From: Pseudomonadota bacterium
GTDB taxonomy: Bacteria > Pseudomonadota > Alphaproteobacteria > Micavibrionales > UBA2020
Reading direction: 5' to 3'
NCBI GenBank assembly: GCA_023444705.1
Contig: JAEXMB010000095.1
Location: forward strand, 762 to 64,761
DNA length: 64,000 nt
The first letter of the stretch is position 1; each line of letters starts with the position of its first letter. The translations under genes were made by a program, and so were the position numbers. Positions 8,548 to 18,084 of the stretch are shown piece by piece. Below the pieces are notes generated by a model that made no database searches, was not told the DNA's origin, and saw only the letters and a program-made list of their open reading frames with translations.

Positions 8548-10398
8548 TTAACCCGTGGCTTCAAGCCAGCGTTCTTCTTTTTCCGCTAACTGGGCGCACA
8601 GTGCCGCGTAATCAGCCTGGATTTTCTGCGCGCGCACCTGATCGGAGAAAAAGGCGCCGTCGGCCATTTGGACCTCGAGCTTTTCTTTGTCGGCGGTCAG
8701 CTTGGCGATGTCTTTTTCCAGCTTTTGCACGGCTTGCGGATTGATCTTTGCGGCGGGCGCGGGGGCGGCTTCGGCGGGTTTCTCACCTTTGCTTTCCGCC
8801 CGTGCCTTGGAGCGCGCGTTGCGGCGTTGCTGGATGACGTGCTTGCGGTAATCCTGCAGGTCGCCGTCAAAGGGCTCGCACGCACCACCTTCGACCAGCC
8901 ATAGGCGGTCGGCCACGCGCTCGACCATATGCGGGTCGTGGCTGACCATGACGACAGCGCCCTTGTAGGTGTTGAGTGCCTGCACCAGTGCCTCGCGCGC
9001 GTCAATGTCGAGGTGGTTTGTCGGCTCGTCCAGCAGCAACAGGTGCGGCGTGTCAAAGCTCATCAGCGCAAAGAGCAAACGCGCCTTCTCCCCGCCCGAC
9101 AGGCTGCCGATGGTATTGTCGGCAAGGTCTTTGGAGAAATGGAACTGGCCCAGGCGCGCGCGCACCTGCGATTCCTTGGTGGCGGGATTGCGCGCCATCA
9201 TCAGGCGGTACATTTCCATGTAGGGGGTGGAGGTAACGTCGAGTTCTTCGGTCTGGTGCTGCGCGAAATAGCCGATGCGCAGCTTGCCCGAGCGCACGTA
9301 TTCGCCCGCCAGCGGCGTCAGCTTGCCCGCGATCAGCTTCATCAGCGTCGATTTGCCGTTACCGTTGGCGCCCATCAGGGCAATACGGTCGTCAAGGTCG
9401 ATGTTCTGGTTGACGCGCTTGAGGATCGGCTTGCCCGCACTGTAGCCGATGTCGGTCGCACGCAGGGCCAGCAGGGGGGCGGGCAACTCGTCCGGATCGG
9501 GGAAGGCGAATTTGAGCGCACGCTCGGCGATGACGGCGTCGACGATGTCCATCTTTTCGATGGCCTTGATGCGGCTTTGCGCCTGACGTGCCTTGGCGGC
9601 ACTGGCGCGGAAGCGGTCGACGAAGGCCTGCATGTGCGCTTTGGCCGCCAGTTGTTTTTCGTGCATCTTTTGCTGCAGGCCCAGCTTTTCCGCGCGTTCT
9701 TTTTCAAACGTGTCGTAATTGCCGGTATAGAGCGTGAGCTTGGTCTTGTCGACGTGCAGCACGTGATCGACGCAAGTGTTGAGGATCTCGCGGTCGTGGC
9801 TGATGATCAGCAGCGTATGCGGATAATTGGCGAGGTAGCCTTCGAGCCACATGATGGCTTCAAGATCAAGGTGGTTGGTCGGCTCGTCAAGCAGCAAAAC
9901 GTCGGGTTCGACGAACAGGGCCGCCGCCAGCGCCACGCGCATGCGCCAGCCGCCGCTCAGCGAGGAAAAAGGCTGCTGCAATTGTTCTTCCGTGAAACCG
10001 AGGCCATTGAGCAAAACGGCTGCTTTGGCAGGGGCCGAGTAGAAATCAAGTTCGCCCAGGCGCGCATAGATGTCGCCGATTTTATAAGGATCGGTTTCGG
10101 TTTCGGCGGCGATGCGCAAGGCGGCCATTTCTTCATGCGCGTCGACGACCATGTCGATGATGGGTTTGTCGGTGTCGGCGATGTCCTGACGCACCATGCC
10201 GAACGTGCGGCGGTCGGACAACGTGATGGTGCCGCCGTCGGCGTGCAGGTCGCCTGCGATCAGCTTGAACAAAGTGGATTTTCCCGCGCCGTTGGGGCCG
10301 ACGACGCCGACCTTCCAGCCGTCGTTGATGGCGACGCTGGCCTCGTCGATGATGGTGCGGCCGCCGATGCGGTAGGTGAGGTTATTGATCGTCAGCAT
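8548..10398 (-). CDS. ABC-F family ATPase (tandem ABC domains, Uup/YheS-like, C-terminal coiled coil)
   Basis: Two Walker A motifs (GPNGAGKST, GANGNGKST), two signature motifs (LSGGWRMR, LSGGEKAR), no TM domain, and a Lys/Glu-rich tail. Confidence 0.9.
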   Translation of the reverse strand: MLTINNLTYRIGGRTIIDEASVAINDGWKVGVVGPNGAGKSTLFKLIAGDLHADGGTITLSDRRTFGMVRQDIADTDKPIIDMVVDAHEEMAALRIAAETETDPYKIGDIYARLGELDFYSAPAKAAVLLNGLGFTEEQLQQPFSSLSGGWRMRVALAAALFVEPDVLLLDEPTNHLDLEAIMWLEGYLANYPHTLLIISHDREILNTCVDHVLHVDKTKLTLYTGNYDTFEKERAEKLGLQQKMHEKQLAAKAHMQAFVDRFRASAAKARQAQSRIKAIEKMDIVDAVIAERALKFAFPDPDELPAPLLALRATDIGYSAGKPILKRVNQNIDLDDRIALMGANGNGKSTLMKLIAGKLTPLAGEYVRSGKLRIGYFAQHQTEELDVTSTPYMEMYRLMMARNPATKESQVRARLGQFHFSKDLADNTIGSLSGGEKARLLFALMSFDTPHLLLLDEPTNHLDIDAREALVQALNTYKGAVVMVSHDPHMVERVADRLWLVEGGACEPFDGDLQDYRKHVIQQRRNARSKARAESKGEKPAEAAPAPAAKINPQAVQKLEKDIAKLTADKEKLEVQMADGAFFSDQVRAQKIQADYAALCAQLAEKEERWLEATG

Positions 10399-11711
10399 CA
10401 GGCCACCGGTACTTTCTCGACTTCGGGTTCGATTGGATCGGGCGTGCCAAGCGGGGGCGGCTCGTGCGGGGCTTCGCTGTCGACCACGGTGTTGCGGAAG
10501 CTTGGCGACAGGCCACCCGTCAACGCCACCACCAGCAGCGTCATCGACCCGCCGAACAAAATCCCCGGCACAAGGCCGATCAGGCTTGCGACCGACCCCT
10601 GTACAAAGGCGCCGATCTCGTTAGAGGAAATAATAAACATTGAATTGATCGACGACAGGCGGCCCTTCATATGGTCGGGTGTCAGCAGTTGCATCAGTGT
10701 GCCGCGCATGATCATGCTGACACTGTCAAAGGCGCCGCCCAGCGCCAGCAGCGCTGCCGACAGCCAGAATTCACGGCTGAGGCCAAAGCAGATCATCGCA
10801 ACACCGTAACCTGTCACCACGAATAACAGGCGCTTGGCCACGATATAGCGCATGGGGCGGATGGCGAAGAACAGCGCGGTCAGAATCGCGCCGATAGCGG
10901 GAGAGGCGCGCAACATGCCGAGTTGCTCTGCGCCGACGTTCAGCACGTCATGCGCATAGGCGGGCAACATGGCAAGCGCGCCGCCAAACATGACCGCGAA
11001 CATGTCGAGCGCCATCATCGATAACAAGGTCGGGTGCCTGAGGATATAATTCCAGCCCGCGCTGATGCTCTTGATCGCAGGTTCGCGCGCATCCATGCGC
11101 GCGGGTGCGGGCTTGGGGCGCAGGGTAAAGACAAGGCAGATGGCCACGGCCATCAGCACGGCGGGCATCAGCCAGACAGTATGCACGCCGAACTTGCCGT
11201 AGACCAACCCCGCAATCGCAGGCCCAAGCACGGCCGCCGTTTGAAATGCCGAGCTTTGCCACGCGGCGGCGGAGGGCATGTCCTTGCGCTCGACAATGCG
11301 CGAGAGGATGATGAACGACGACGGGCTGACGAAGCCCCGCGCAAGGCCGGAAAAGAACATGCCGACGAACAGCATGCTCACGATGGTTGCGGGCGGCAGT
11401 GCGATATAACCGCCAGCGCAAAGCGTGAGCATCAGCGTGTTGAGACCAAGCGCGCCGACTGCCGCGATCAGAATTTTTTTTGGGTCGCCGTTATCGACGA
11501 CGTGGCCGGCGACAAGCGCGCAGCAGATGGCAGGGATGGCTTCGGTCAGGCCGATCAGGCCCAGCATGAAGACATCCTGCGTGAGTGAGTACATCTGCCA
11601 GCCCACGATCACGGCCTGGGCCTGCAATGCCATCATCACGGCGGCGCGCGTGATGATCAGGTTGCGAAAACTGGGCAGGCGAAGGGGCAGGGGACGGGCG
11701 GTGGCGGACAT
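10398..11711 (-). CDS. MFS transporter (12-TM type)
   Basis: Multiple hydrophobic helices in an MFS_3/EntS-like pattern. The stop overlaps the ABC-F start (TGATG). The start at 11711 (MSATARPL) is preferred, but the ATG at 11777 is possible. Confidence 0.85.
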   Translation of the reverse strand: MSATARPLPLRLPSFRNLIITRAAVMMALQAQAVIVGWQMYSLTQDVFMLGLIGLTEAIPAICCALVAGHVVDNGDPKKILIAAVGALGLNTLMLTLCAGGYIALPPATIVSMLFVGMFFSGLARGFVSPSSFIILSRIVERKDMPSAAAWQSSAFQTAAVLGPAIAGLVYGKFGVHTVWLMPAVLMAVAICLVFTLRPKPAPARMDAREPAIKSISAGWNYILRHPTLLSMMALDMFAVMFGGALAMLPAYAHDVLNVGAEQLGMLRASPAIGAILTALFFAIRPMRYIVAKRLLFVVTGYGVAMICFGLSREFWLSAALLALGGAFDSVSMIMRGTLMQLLTPDHMKGRLSSINSMFIISSNEIGAFVQGSVASLIGLVPGILFGGSMTLLVVALTGGLSPSFRNTVVDSEAPHEPPPLGTPDPIEPEVEKVPVA

Positions 11712-11823
11712 CGGGGCTCGGGTCTGTAAGGGCTTGGCGGGAACGGCGCCACTGTCGCATGGCACGGCGGCACGCACAACCTGCGCGGCGAAATAAATAT
11801 GCGGTTTTACTGCTTGGGCAGGG

Positions 11824-12426
11824 TTACTGCTTCATCGCCAGGCGCGAGATTTTCTCGATCTCTTTGGCGACCATTTTTTCAATGATGCCGGGCAGGTTCT
11901 GATCGAGCCAGGTTTTGAGCAGGGGGCGCAGCAATTCGCGCGTCATGTCTTCAAGCGTGACGTTGCCCACACGGCCGGGCAGGTCGCGCTCGACTGCAAC
12001 GTTGCCCGCAAGCAATCTCGCCATTGCATGCGCGGAAACGTCGGCGGTGATGTCCGACATCAGGCCTGCGCCGCTGTCTTGCACGGGGGCTTGTTGCTTG
12101 GGCGGCGTATAGGCGGGTGCAGGCGGTTCTTCGTGGTCCTGCAGGTCGATCACAGGCGCGCGCGCCGGTACGGCCTTGTCCGTCAGGTCGAGAATGTCTT
12201 CATCATCCGCATCGTCCATCGCGCTGGCAGGCACGGCGGGAAAGTCGTCAGCAGGCGGGGCCGGTTGCGGCGCCAGCGTGACGGGTGCGGGTTGCGGTGT
12301 TGCCGGCGCAGGCGCGGCAGGGGCCGCCGCCGCAGGGGCCGGAGCTGAGTCATCGGAAATGATCTGGCGGATGGATTCCAAAATCTCTTCGATGGAAGGT
12401 TCTTGATCTGTTTTTGGTTCTGCCAT
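11824..12426 (-). CDS. popZ: DUF2497 / PopZ-like pole-organizing protein
   Basis: N-terminal QEPSIEEILESIRQIISDD, a Pro/Ala-rich acidic linker, and C-terminal LRPLLKTWLDQNLPGIIEKMVAKEIEKISR. All three parts match the PopZ layout. Confidence 0.8.
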   Translation of the reverse strand: MAEPKTDQEPSIEEILESIRQIISDDSAPAPAAAAPAAPAPATPQPAPVTLAPQPAPPADDFPAVPASAMDDADDEDILDLTDKAVPARAPVIDLQDHEEPPAPAYTPPKQQAPVQDSGAGLMSDITADVSAHAMARLLAGNVAVERDLPGRVGNVTLEDMTRELLRPLLKTWLDQNLPGIIEKMVAKEIEKISRLAMKQ

Positions 12427-12496
12427 GATCCGCCGCTATGCTACTGGAAAAGCTGCTTATTCAGAAGTTTTAGAATATTTTGCGCACGAAAGCGAG

Positions 12497-13768
12497 TCAC
12501 TTTATTGATAGTGTGGCTGGCGTCTCGGTGTTCTGTAAATCAAGTGCCAGCTCCTGCCGTGCCAAAGGCGTGCTTGGCGGGCGGGCAAGCGCTTGATTTA
12601 ATTGCCCTGTCGCGGCAAGGAGGGCGAATTCCGCCTTGAGCGCGGCGTAATGCGCCGCAACTGCGCTCAAACGCGCCTGTTGCGCCAGTTTGGCAAAGGC
12701 GTCGTTATTGCCCATAGCCGACAGGCGGCTTTTGGCGGGCAGGCGGCCTTCGACGGCGGCCTGTGCCAGTTCGGCCTTGCGGGTTTCAAAACGCTCCTCC
12801 GCGCGCGCGCGGGTCAAATCGTCCCAGGCGGAGATTACGGCCTGGCGGATTTCAAGGCGGGTGGTGTCGATCTTCAGGCGCCCGCTTTGTGCGTCTTCAC
12901 GTACGCGCACGCGCATCAGTTTTTTCTCGCTGTCACCGCGCAGGGGGATGGTGGCGCGCAGGCCGATGATGCCGCTGTCCTCGCTGCCTGCATCGGTATA
13001 GCTGTCGGTGGTACGGTCCAGCGCGCCGCGCAGGTCAATGTCGGGTGCGTCCTCCCAGGTGAGCGAGCGCGACGACGCTTCAGCGGCGGCGCATTCGTAA
13101 TGGGCGCGGATCAGGGCAGGGTGACGCTCCTCGGCGATGTTAAGCGCGCTTTGCAGGCTGGCGGGCACCATTGGCTGGCTTGCGATGTCGCTCAGCGGGG
13201 TTTGCCTGTCGATGCCAGCCAGTTTTTCAAGGGTGCGGCGGGTGTCTTTGTATTCGCTTTCAATGCGGTAATGGGTGGTGTTAAAGCTGGGCAATAGCTT
13301 GCGTTGCGCATCCAGCGACAGGGCATCAAGATAAATGTTGGCAATCAGCAGGTTGCGTTGGCGTTCTTCATCCAGTTTCGCGGCTGTCTGTGCGCGCAGG
13401 CGGCTATCGGTGACCTGCACCTGCGCGCGGCTTTGACCGCTGCGGTAAAGCGGCTGGCGCAACTCCAGCGACAGCGTGCGCGCGTCAAGGCCGACGGAAT
13501 TGTTCAGCGGAACGGCCATGCCCTCGGCGTGGCGGACCTGCCCGCGCAGGTCGGGGATATATTGTTCGGTATCCGCGCTGTCGAGTCCAAGGAGGGTGAT
13601 ATGCTCCTGCTCGCGCGGGGAGAGGCGCTGAATGGCTTCGCTCAGGCTGACGGGGGCAATGGCGCGCGCGCCGGCGCCGATGTCAGCGGCGGCCTGTGTA
13701 GATAGGGCGATGAAGGCGACGGCTGTCGCGGCAAAGATCTGCAATGTCAGAGTTTTGCGATGCTTCAT
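12497..13768 (-). CDS. tolC: TolC-family outer-membrane efflux protein
   Basis: Has a signal peptide (…ALSTQAAADIG) and a two-repeat coiled-coil/beta layout. It occupies the conserved alphaproteobacterial position downstream of pcm, and its start overlaps the pcm stop. Confidence 0.7.
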   Translation of the reverse strand: MKHRKTLTLQIFAATAVAFIALSTQAAADIGAGARAIAPVSLSEAIQRLSPREQEHITLLGLDSADTEQYIPDLRGQVRHAEGMAVPLNNSVGLDARTLSLELRQPLYRSGQSRAQVQVTDSRLRAQTAAKLDEERQRNLLIANIYLDALSLDAQRKLLPSFNTTHYRIESEYKDTRRTLEKLAGIDRQTPLSDIASQPMVPASLQSALNIAEERHPALIRAHYECAAAEASSRSLTWEDAPDIDLRGALDRTTDSYTDAGSEDSGIIGLRATIPLRGDSEKKLMRVRVREDAQSGRLKIDTTRLEIRQAVISAWDDLTRARAEERFETRKAELAQAAVEGRLPAKSRLSAMGNNDAFAKLAQQARLSAVAAHYAALKAEFALLAATGQLNQALARPPSTPLARQELALDLQNTETPATLSIK

Positions 13769-14430
13769 TAAAACTCGAATTTAGCTGTGTCGCACAGGCC
13801 AGGCAGGGCGGGGGTACCGGCATCAAACAGCGCGCGGGTGACGAAATTGTCACCAAGGCGGGTGACGATGACGGCCTGGCCGATGCGGCTGTGCGGCTGG
13901 CGGATCACGGCCAGCAGGCGGCCGCCGTCGGCAAGTTGTGCGGCGAGCGTTTGCGGCACGCTGTCGACGGCGCCGTTGATGAGGATAACCTGATAGGGCC
14001 CCTGTTGCGGATAGCCCGCGCGCAGGTCGCTTTGGTGAATGATGGCGACGTTGAGGATATCAAGGTCGTGCAGGTGGCGTTCAGCCTCGTCGGCCATGTC
14101 CTTGCTGGTTTCAACGCCCACCACCGTCGCACCCAGCTGGGCCATGATGGCGGTAGAATAGCCGGTGCCGCAGGCGACATCCAGAATAAGGTCGGTCGGT
14201 GTGATCGCCGCTTCCTGAATCAGACGTGCCAGTACCATCGGCTCGGGCAGGTAGCGGCCGTTGCCAAGGGGGATATCCTCGTCGATATAGGCCATTGCCT
14301 GCAGGTGACGGGGGACGAAACGCTCACGCGGGGTGCGGCCCAGAATGTCGAGCAATGCGGGGTCGGTGACCTTGTTCGGCTTGATCTGGCCGTCGATCAT
14401 GTTTTTGCGTGAGATGTCTGCGGATGTCAT
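13768..14430 (-). CDS. pcm: Protein-L-isoaspartate O-methyltransferase
   Basis: SAM motif ILDVACGTGYSTAI and PIMT-like flanks. I chose the start MTSADISRK at 14430. Confidence 0.9.
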   Translation of the reverse strand: MTSADISRKNMIDGQIKPNKVTDPALLDILGRTPRERFVPRHLQAMAYIDEDIPLGNGRYLPEPMVLARLIQEAAITPTDLILDVACGTGYSTAIMAQLGATVVGVETSKDMADEAERHLHDLDILNVAIIHQSDLRAGYPQQGPYQVILINGAVDSVPQTLAAQLADGGRLLAVIRQPHSRIGQAVIVTRLGDNFVTRALFDAGTPALPGLCDTAKFEF

Positions 14431-14632
14431 GAAAAGCACTCGTGGAAAGATGATTTTGAGCGTGCAGACAATAATACACCCGCCGCGCAAGGCAAACCAA
14501 CAAAATCACTCCGACAAAATTGCATTTCCATATTTTTAAAGCGGGCCGCGAAAAACCGCTGGACGACTGGCGGGCGCTTCCGTATACAGAAGGCTCCTGC
14601 CGGGGTGACGCATGTCGCCCCTGTGTGTTGAT

Positions 14633-14706
14633 GGCGCGGTGGCAGAATGGCGATGTAGCGGATTGCAAATCCGCGAATGCCGGTTCGATTCCGGCCCGTG
14701 CCTCCA
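14633..14706 (+). tRNA. tRNA-Cys (GCA)
   Basis: Cloverleaf read by hand. Acceptor stem GGCGCGG/CCGTGCC has one G-U pair. The anticodon loop is TTGCAAA, the T-arm is GCCGGTTCGATTCCGGC, and CCA is encoded. Confidence 0.9.
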
Positions 14707-14958
14707 CATTTTCCCCGATGATGAAAGATCGAAGACAAAAAGCGCGCTGGCTGGTGGGAAAGGTGATATGCGCCTTCTTCGTGCGGGGCGCTCAAATCAA
14801 TCTATTGTAATATTATTTCGCAAAAAGAGTATGCATGGGTAGGTAATTACTTGTGCTTTTTTCGATTCTCCATAAAATATCCCCATTAATTCATAAAAGG
14901 CCGTATCCCGCAGCAGGGCTTGCAATCTGCGGGTGCAACCGGTGAAGGAGTGCTTGAG

Positions 14959-15648
14959 ATGTCGCCACGCATGCCGCACGGGCAGAAAAAGAAAACCGCA
15001 TCGCTGCGCACGCGCCTTGGTGCGATCCTGGGTGCGGGGGTTCTGGTGACGGCGTTTTCTACATCTGCCAGCCAGCCCGCGCCCGTCGTTGCACAGCAGT
15101 CGGCCCTCGCGCAGGATGCGGCGCTCAGTCCGCCGCGCGCAGAAGTGCCAAGCCGCACACTGTCTTTTCGCAACCTGCATACCGATGAAACGCTGACGGT
15201 TACCTATTGGCGCAACGGCGTTTACGACGATGCGGCGATTGCGCAGATCCAGCATCTGTTGCGCGATCACCGCCGCAACGAGGAACATACCGTCAACCGC
15301 GCGTTGCTTGACTACCTTCACGCTATCCGCGTCGAATTGCAGCCCAAATATCGCGGCAATGCGATGGTGTATGAAGTTGTTTCCGGCTACCGTGCGCGCG
15401 AAACCACCGATGCGCTGCGGCGCGGCGGTGCTGCTGTTGCACGCGATACCTCGCAGCACCAACTTGGCAACGCGCTCGATTTTCGCATCGAAGGTATTCC
15501 CTTGCGTGAGCTGCGCGATACCGCCTGGTGCATGCAGCGCGGCGGGGTCGGCTATTACCCCGAGGTGCACAATAACTTCGTCCACGTCGATGTGGGTCGC
15601 GTCCGCTTTTGGCCCGCCACGCGGACGCGCTGGCGCTGCATGAGCTAA
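14959..15648 (+). CDS. DUF882/YcbK (MepK-like) peptidase M15 family, murein endopeptidase-like
   Basis: LSFRNLHTDETL...YWRNGVYD..., SGYRARETTD, and HQLGNALDFRIEGIP...VGYYP..NFVHVDVG match the YcbK family. GAAGGAG lies 8 nt before the ATG at 14959. The N-terminus looks Tat/Sec-like. Confidence 0.85.
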   Translation: MSPRMPHGQKKKTASLRTRLGAILGAGVLVTAFSTSASQPAPVVAQQSALAQDAALSPPRAEVPSRTLSFRNLHTDETLTVTYWRNGVYDDAAIAQIQHLLRDHRRNEEHTVNRALLDYLHAIRVELQPKYRGNAMVYEVVSGYRARETTDALRRGGAAVARDTSQHQLGNALDFRIEGIPLRELRDTAWCMQRGGVGYYPEVHNNFVHVDVGRVRFWPATRTRWRCMS

Positions 15649-15739
15649 TATATTGATATTAATAAGATTATTGGCGGTTCAAATTCAGGGTTGCATCACG
15701 GGCAGAATTTGGTAAAAAGTCTGCCTTACATGCCTCTGT

Positions 15740-15814
15740 TCCTCGGTAGCTCAGTGGTAGAGCAAGCGACTGTTAATCGCTTGGCCGTAGGTTCGAATCC
15801 TACCCGAGGAGCCA
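15740..15814 (+). tRNA. tRNA-Asn (GTT)
   Basis: Acceptor TCCTCGG/CCGAGGA, D-arm GCTCAGTGGTAGAGC, anticodon loop CTGTTAA, T-arm GTAGGTTCGAATCCTAC, CCA encoded. Confidence 0.92.
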
Positions 15815-15851
15815 TTATCCCAAATCAGAAATGAAATGATCGCGCGCCGCG

Positions 15852-17822
15852 TTACAGCTGCGCGGCGAATATCTTTTTGAACATCGGCACCAGCATTTTT
15901 GCTCCGTGTATGCCGATGTGGTTGTCGTCGCTGTAAAGGGGCAAGCCATTGATCGACCCGTGGCAAACACCGCCGCTGCACAAGTAGGGCGTGGGGTCGA
16001 GAACATGAACGCCGCAGTTTTGCTGCACGGTCTTGAGTGTGCGGATCACGTCCTGCTGGCGTGCGTAGTAATCGGCCAGCGGCAGTTTGATATCCTCGGC
16101 TTTTCCTTCGAACATAATATCGCGGCTGATCTCGCGCGGCACGTCAATGCCAAATTCCGGCAATGGCTGCATCACATAGACAGGCCGGCCTTCATCCGCA
16201 AGGTCACAAAGCGTAGTGGCAAGGCGTTTAGTAAAGGCGGAGGGGCTTGCGGCGGTTTCGTCGCTCTGGGCGTCGACGAAGGTCAGGCCGACCGGCTTGT
16301 CGGGGCTTTCGTTGTAACCTTCGGTATAAACAGACATACGAAACGCGATGATGAGGGGGATATGGTCAGGCATGCTTTCGATGCGCGCCAAGGCTTTGCG
16401 GGTGAAATCTGGGCACATATAACTGTATTTTTTCGACTTCAGATAAGCGCCGGGAACAGGCGGGCATGTGGCCTGATAGGTGTGCCCGTCGCGCTGGTCG
16501 CCTGCCGCTGCTGCGAGAGCCATAAAGACAGATGACGCATGACTGTCGCCCCAGAGAATATAATCCGGATGTGCGGTAGCGTTGTTACAGGGGGCGGCAT
16601 CAAACACAAACGGATCTGATCCGCAAGGTTGGGGTTTGAGCGTTTTTGCGAGCATGACATCGCGCTCGATTTGCAAAACTTCTTTGCGCGCGCGCGCTTC
16701 AAATCCCTTTTCGCGGTCCGCGATTAGGCCGGCAGTTGCAACGCAGATAAAAAGGCAGACGAGTGCGGCGCGTTGCAGGCGTGGACCTGAAAATGCGCTT
16801 CTACGCAACGGCATTTCAATCAAGTAATAGGAGGCGCCCCCGAGAGCAGTGGACAAAGCAATGCCAAACAGATCCCAGCGCAATGCATGCTCGAGGCCGA
16901 AATGGCGCAGGGCGACCACGACAGGCCAGTGCCAGAGATAAATTGAATAAGACCACAGGCCAAGTGTCGCGACAGGTTTGTTGTCGAGCAAGCGGGGTAA
17001 TGGCGCCCTTGCCGCCAGCACCAGAGCGCAGCCCAGCGTCGGGATTAATGCGGCGCTGCCGGGCCAGACGGTATCCTCACCAAAAGCGATGATGGCGCCG
17101 ACAATCAGGGCCAGTCCTGTCAGGGCAACCGGCCATGCATGGCGCAGTGCGTTTAGATGCGCTGTCAGTGCGTAAACGAGGCCGCCTAATGACATTTCCC
17201 ACAGGCGCGCGGGAAGCAGGAAAAAGGTAAAAGCCGGGTCTTTGGGGGTATAGACCGTGCAGAAAACCAGCGAAGTGAGCGTCATTATCCCAAGGCACCA
17301 AGCCAGCTGACGCAAAGATACCGCCCCGCACCAGCGCCTGAGGGCAAGTAAAATGAAGGGATAGACAAGGTAAAACTGCCATTCCACCGATAAAGACCAG
17401 GTATGCAACAGCCATTTGTCTTGGGACAAGCTGTCGAAATAGCCACTTTCATTTTTGAAGATGAAGTTGGAGGAAAATGTCAGCGCCGTCGATGCGTGGC
17501 GCCCAAGTTGCTTATAATCACTCGGCGGCAGCCAATACCAGCCGGCCAGCAATAAAACAGCGCAAACCACAGTCAATGCCGGTAACAATCGGCGCGCACG
17601 GCTGGCATAAAAACGCCAGAGCGAAAAATTGCCGCGCGTAATGCCGGTATAGATGATCGCGGTCATCAAAAAGCCGGAAATGACGAAAAAGACGTCAACG
17701 CCGCTAAAGCCGCCGGAAAAGCCCGGCAGCTTGAAGTGGTATAGCATCACCGCAATAACGGCGAGGGCGCGCAGCGCATTGATATCGGGGCGGAAGTCCA
17801 TCTGTGCGGAGGGCTGTTGCAA
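15852..17822 (-). CDS. Acyltransferase family 3 membrane protein with a C-terminal SGNH domain (OafA/YrhL-like O-acetyltransferase)
   Basis: RPDINALRALAVIAVMLYHF..., VDVFFVISGFLM, about 10 TM helices, then a soluble C-terminal domain (ILWGDSHA). The start could instead be the ATG at 17801. Confidence 0.85.
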   Translation of the reverse strand: MQQPSAQMDFRPDINALRALAVIAVMLYHFKLPGFSGGFSGVDVFFVISGFLMTAIIYTGITRGNFSLWRFYASRARRLLPALTVVCAVLLLAGWYWLPPSDYKQLGRHASTALTFSSNFIFKNESGYFDSLSQDKWLLHTWSLSVEWQFYLVYPFILLALRRWCGAVSLRQLAWCLGIMTLTSLVFCTVYTPKDPAFTFFLLPARLWEMSLGGLVYALTAHLNALRHAWPVALTGLALIVGAIIAFGEDTVWPGSAALIPTLGCALVLAARAPLPRLLDNKPVATLGLWSYSIYLWHWPVVVALRHFGLEHALRWDLFGIALSTALGGASYYLIEMPLRRSAFSGPRLQRAALVCLFICVATAGLIADREKGFEARARKEVLQIERDVMLAKTLKPQPCGSDPFVFDAAPCNNATAHPDYILWGDSHASSVFMALAAAAGDQRDGHTYQATCPPVPGAYLKSKKYSYMCPDFTRKALARIESMPDHIPLIIAFRMSVYTEGYNESPDKPVGLTFVDAQSDETAASPSAFTKRLATTLCDLADEGRPVYVMQPLPEFGIDVPREISRDIMFEGKAEDIKLPLADYYARQQDVIRTLKTVQQNCGVHVLDPTPYLCSGGVCHGSINGLPLYSDDNHIGIHGAKMLVPMFKKIFAAQL

Positions 17823-17862
17823 GTCGGCGACCGTACGTAAAGAGAATGGACGGGTATAAAAA

Positions 17863-17936
17863 TGGAGCGGGTGACGGGAATCGAACCCGCACAGCTAGCT
17901 TGGAAGGCTAGAACTCAACCATCGAGCTCCACCCGC
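17863..17936 (-). tRNA. tRNA-Gly (TCC)
   Basis: The reverse complement folds as acceptor GCGGGTG/CACCCGC, anticodon stem-loop CTAGC-CTTCCAA-GCTAG, and T-loop GGTTCGATTCC. CCA is encoded. Confidence 0.9.
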
Positions 17937-18084
17937 GCACGCATAAAACATAACGTATTTTGCGTCAAAAACAAGAGGGTTGATTCCGGTAAATTTACGC
18001 GTCTGCGGGGTGTTATGCGGCGCCATCTGCTTGTAGAATAGTGCAATGCCGTCCGGCGATTTTCTGTTTTAAAGAGCCTGTTCA

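Noticed and set aside
8929-10809. 626-aa plus-strand ORF
   Set aside because: It is antisense to the ABC-F and MFS genes, which have clear Walker/signature motifs and TM helices. The composition (R/G/A/V/D runs) is typical of a shadow frame.
11807-11832. Direct repeat TTACTGCTT occurring twice at the popZ 3' end
   Set aside because: It is 9 nt long and one copy is simply the popZ stop region. It is too short to interpret.
14633-17936. The tRNA-rich interval (tRNA-Cys, mepK-like, tRNA-Asn, acyltransferase, tRNA-Gly) as an integrated mobile element
   Set aside because: I could find no integrase, transposase or phage gene, and no direct repeat of a tRNA 3' end. I therefore do not call a mobile_element feature, only a possible acquisition hotspot.
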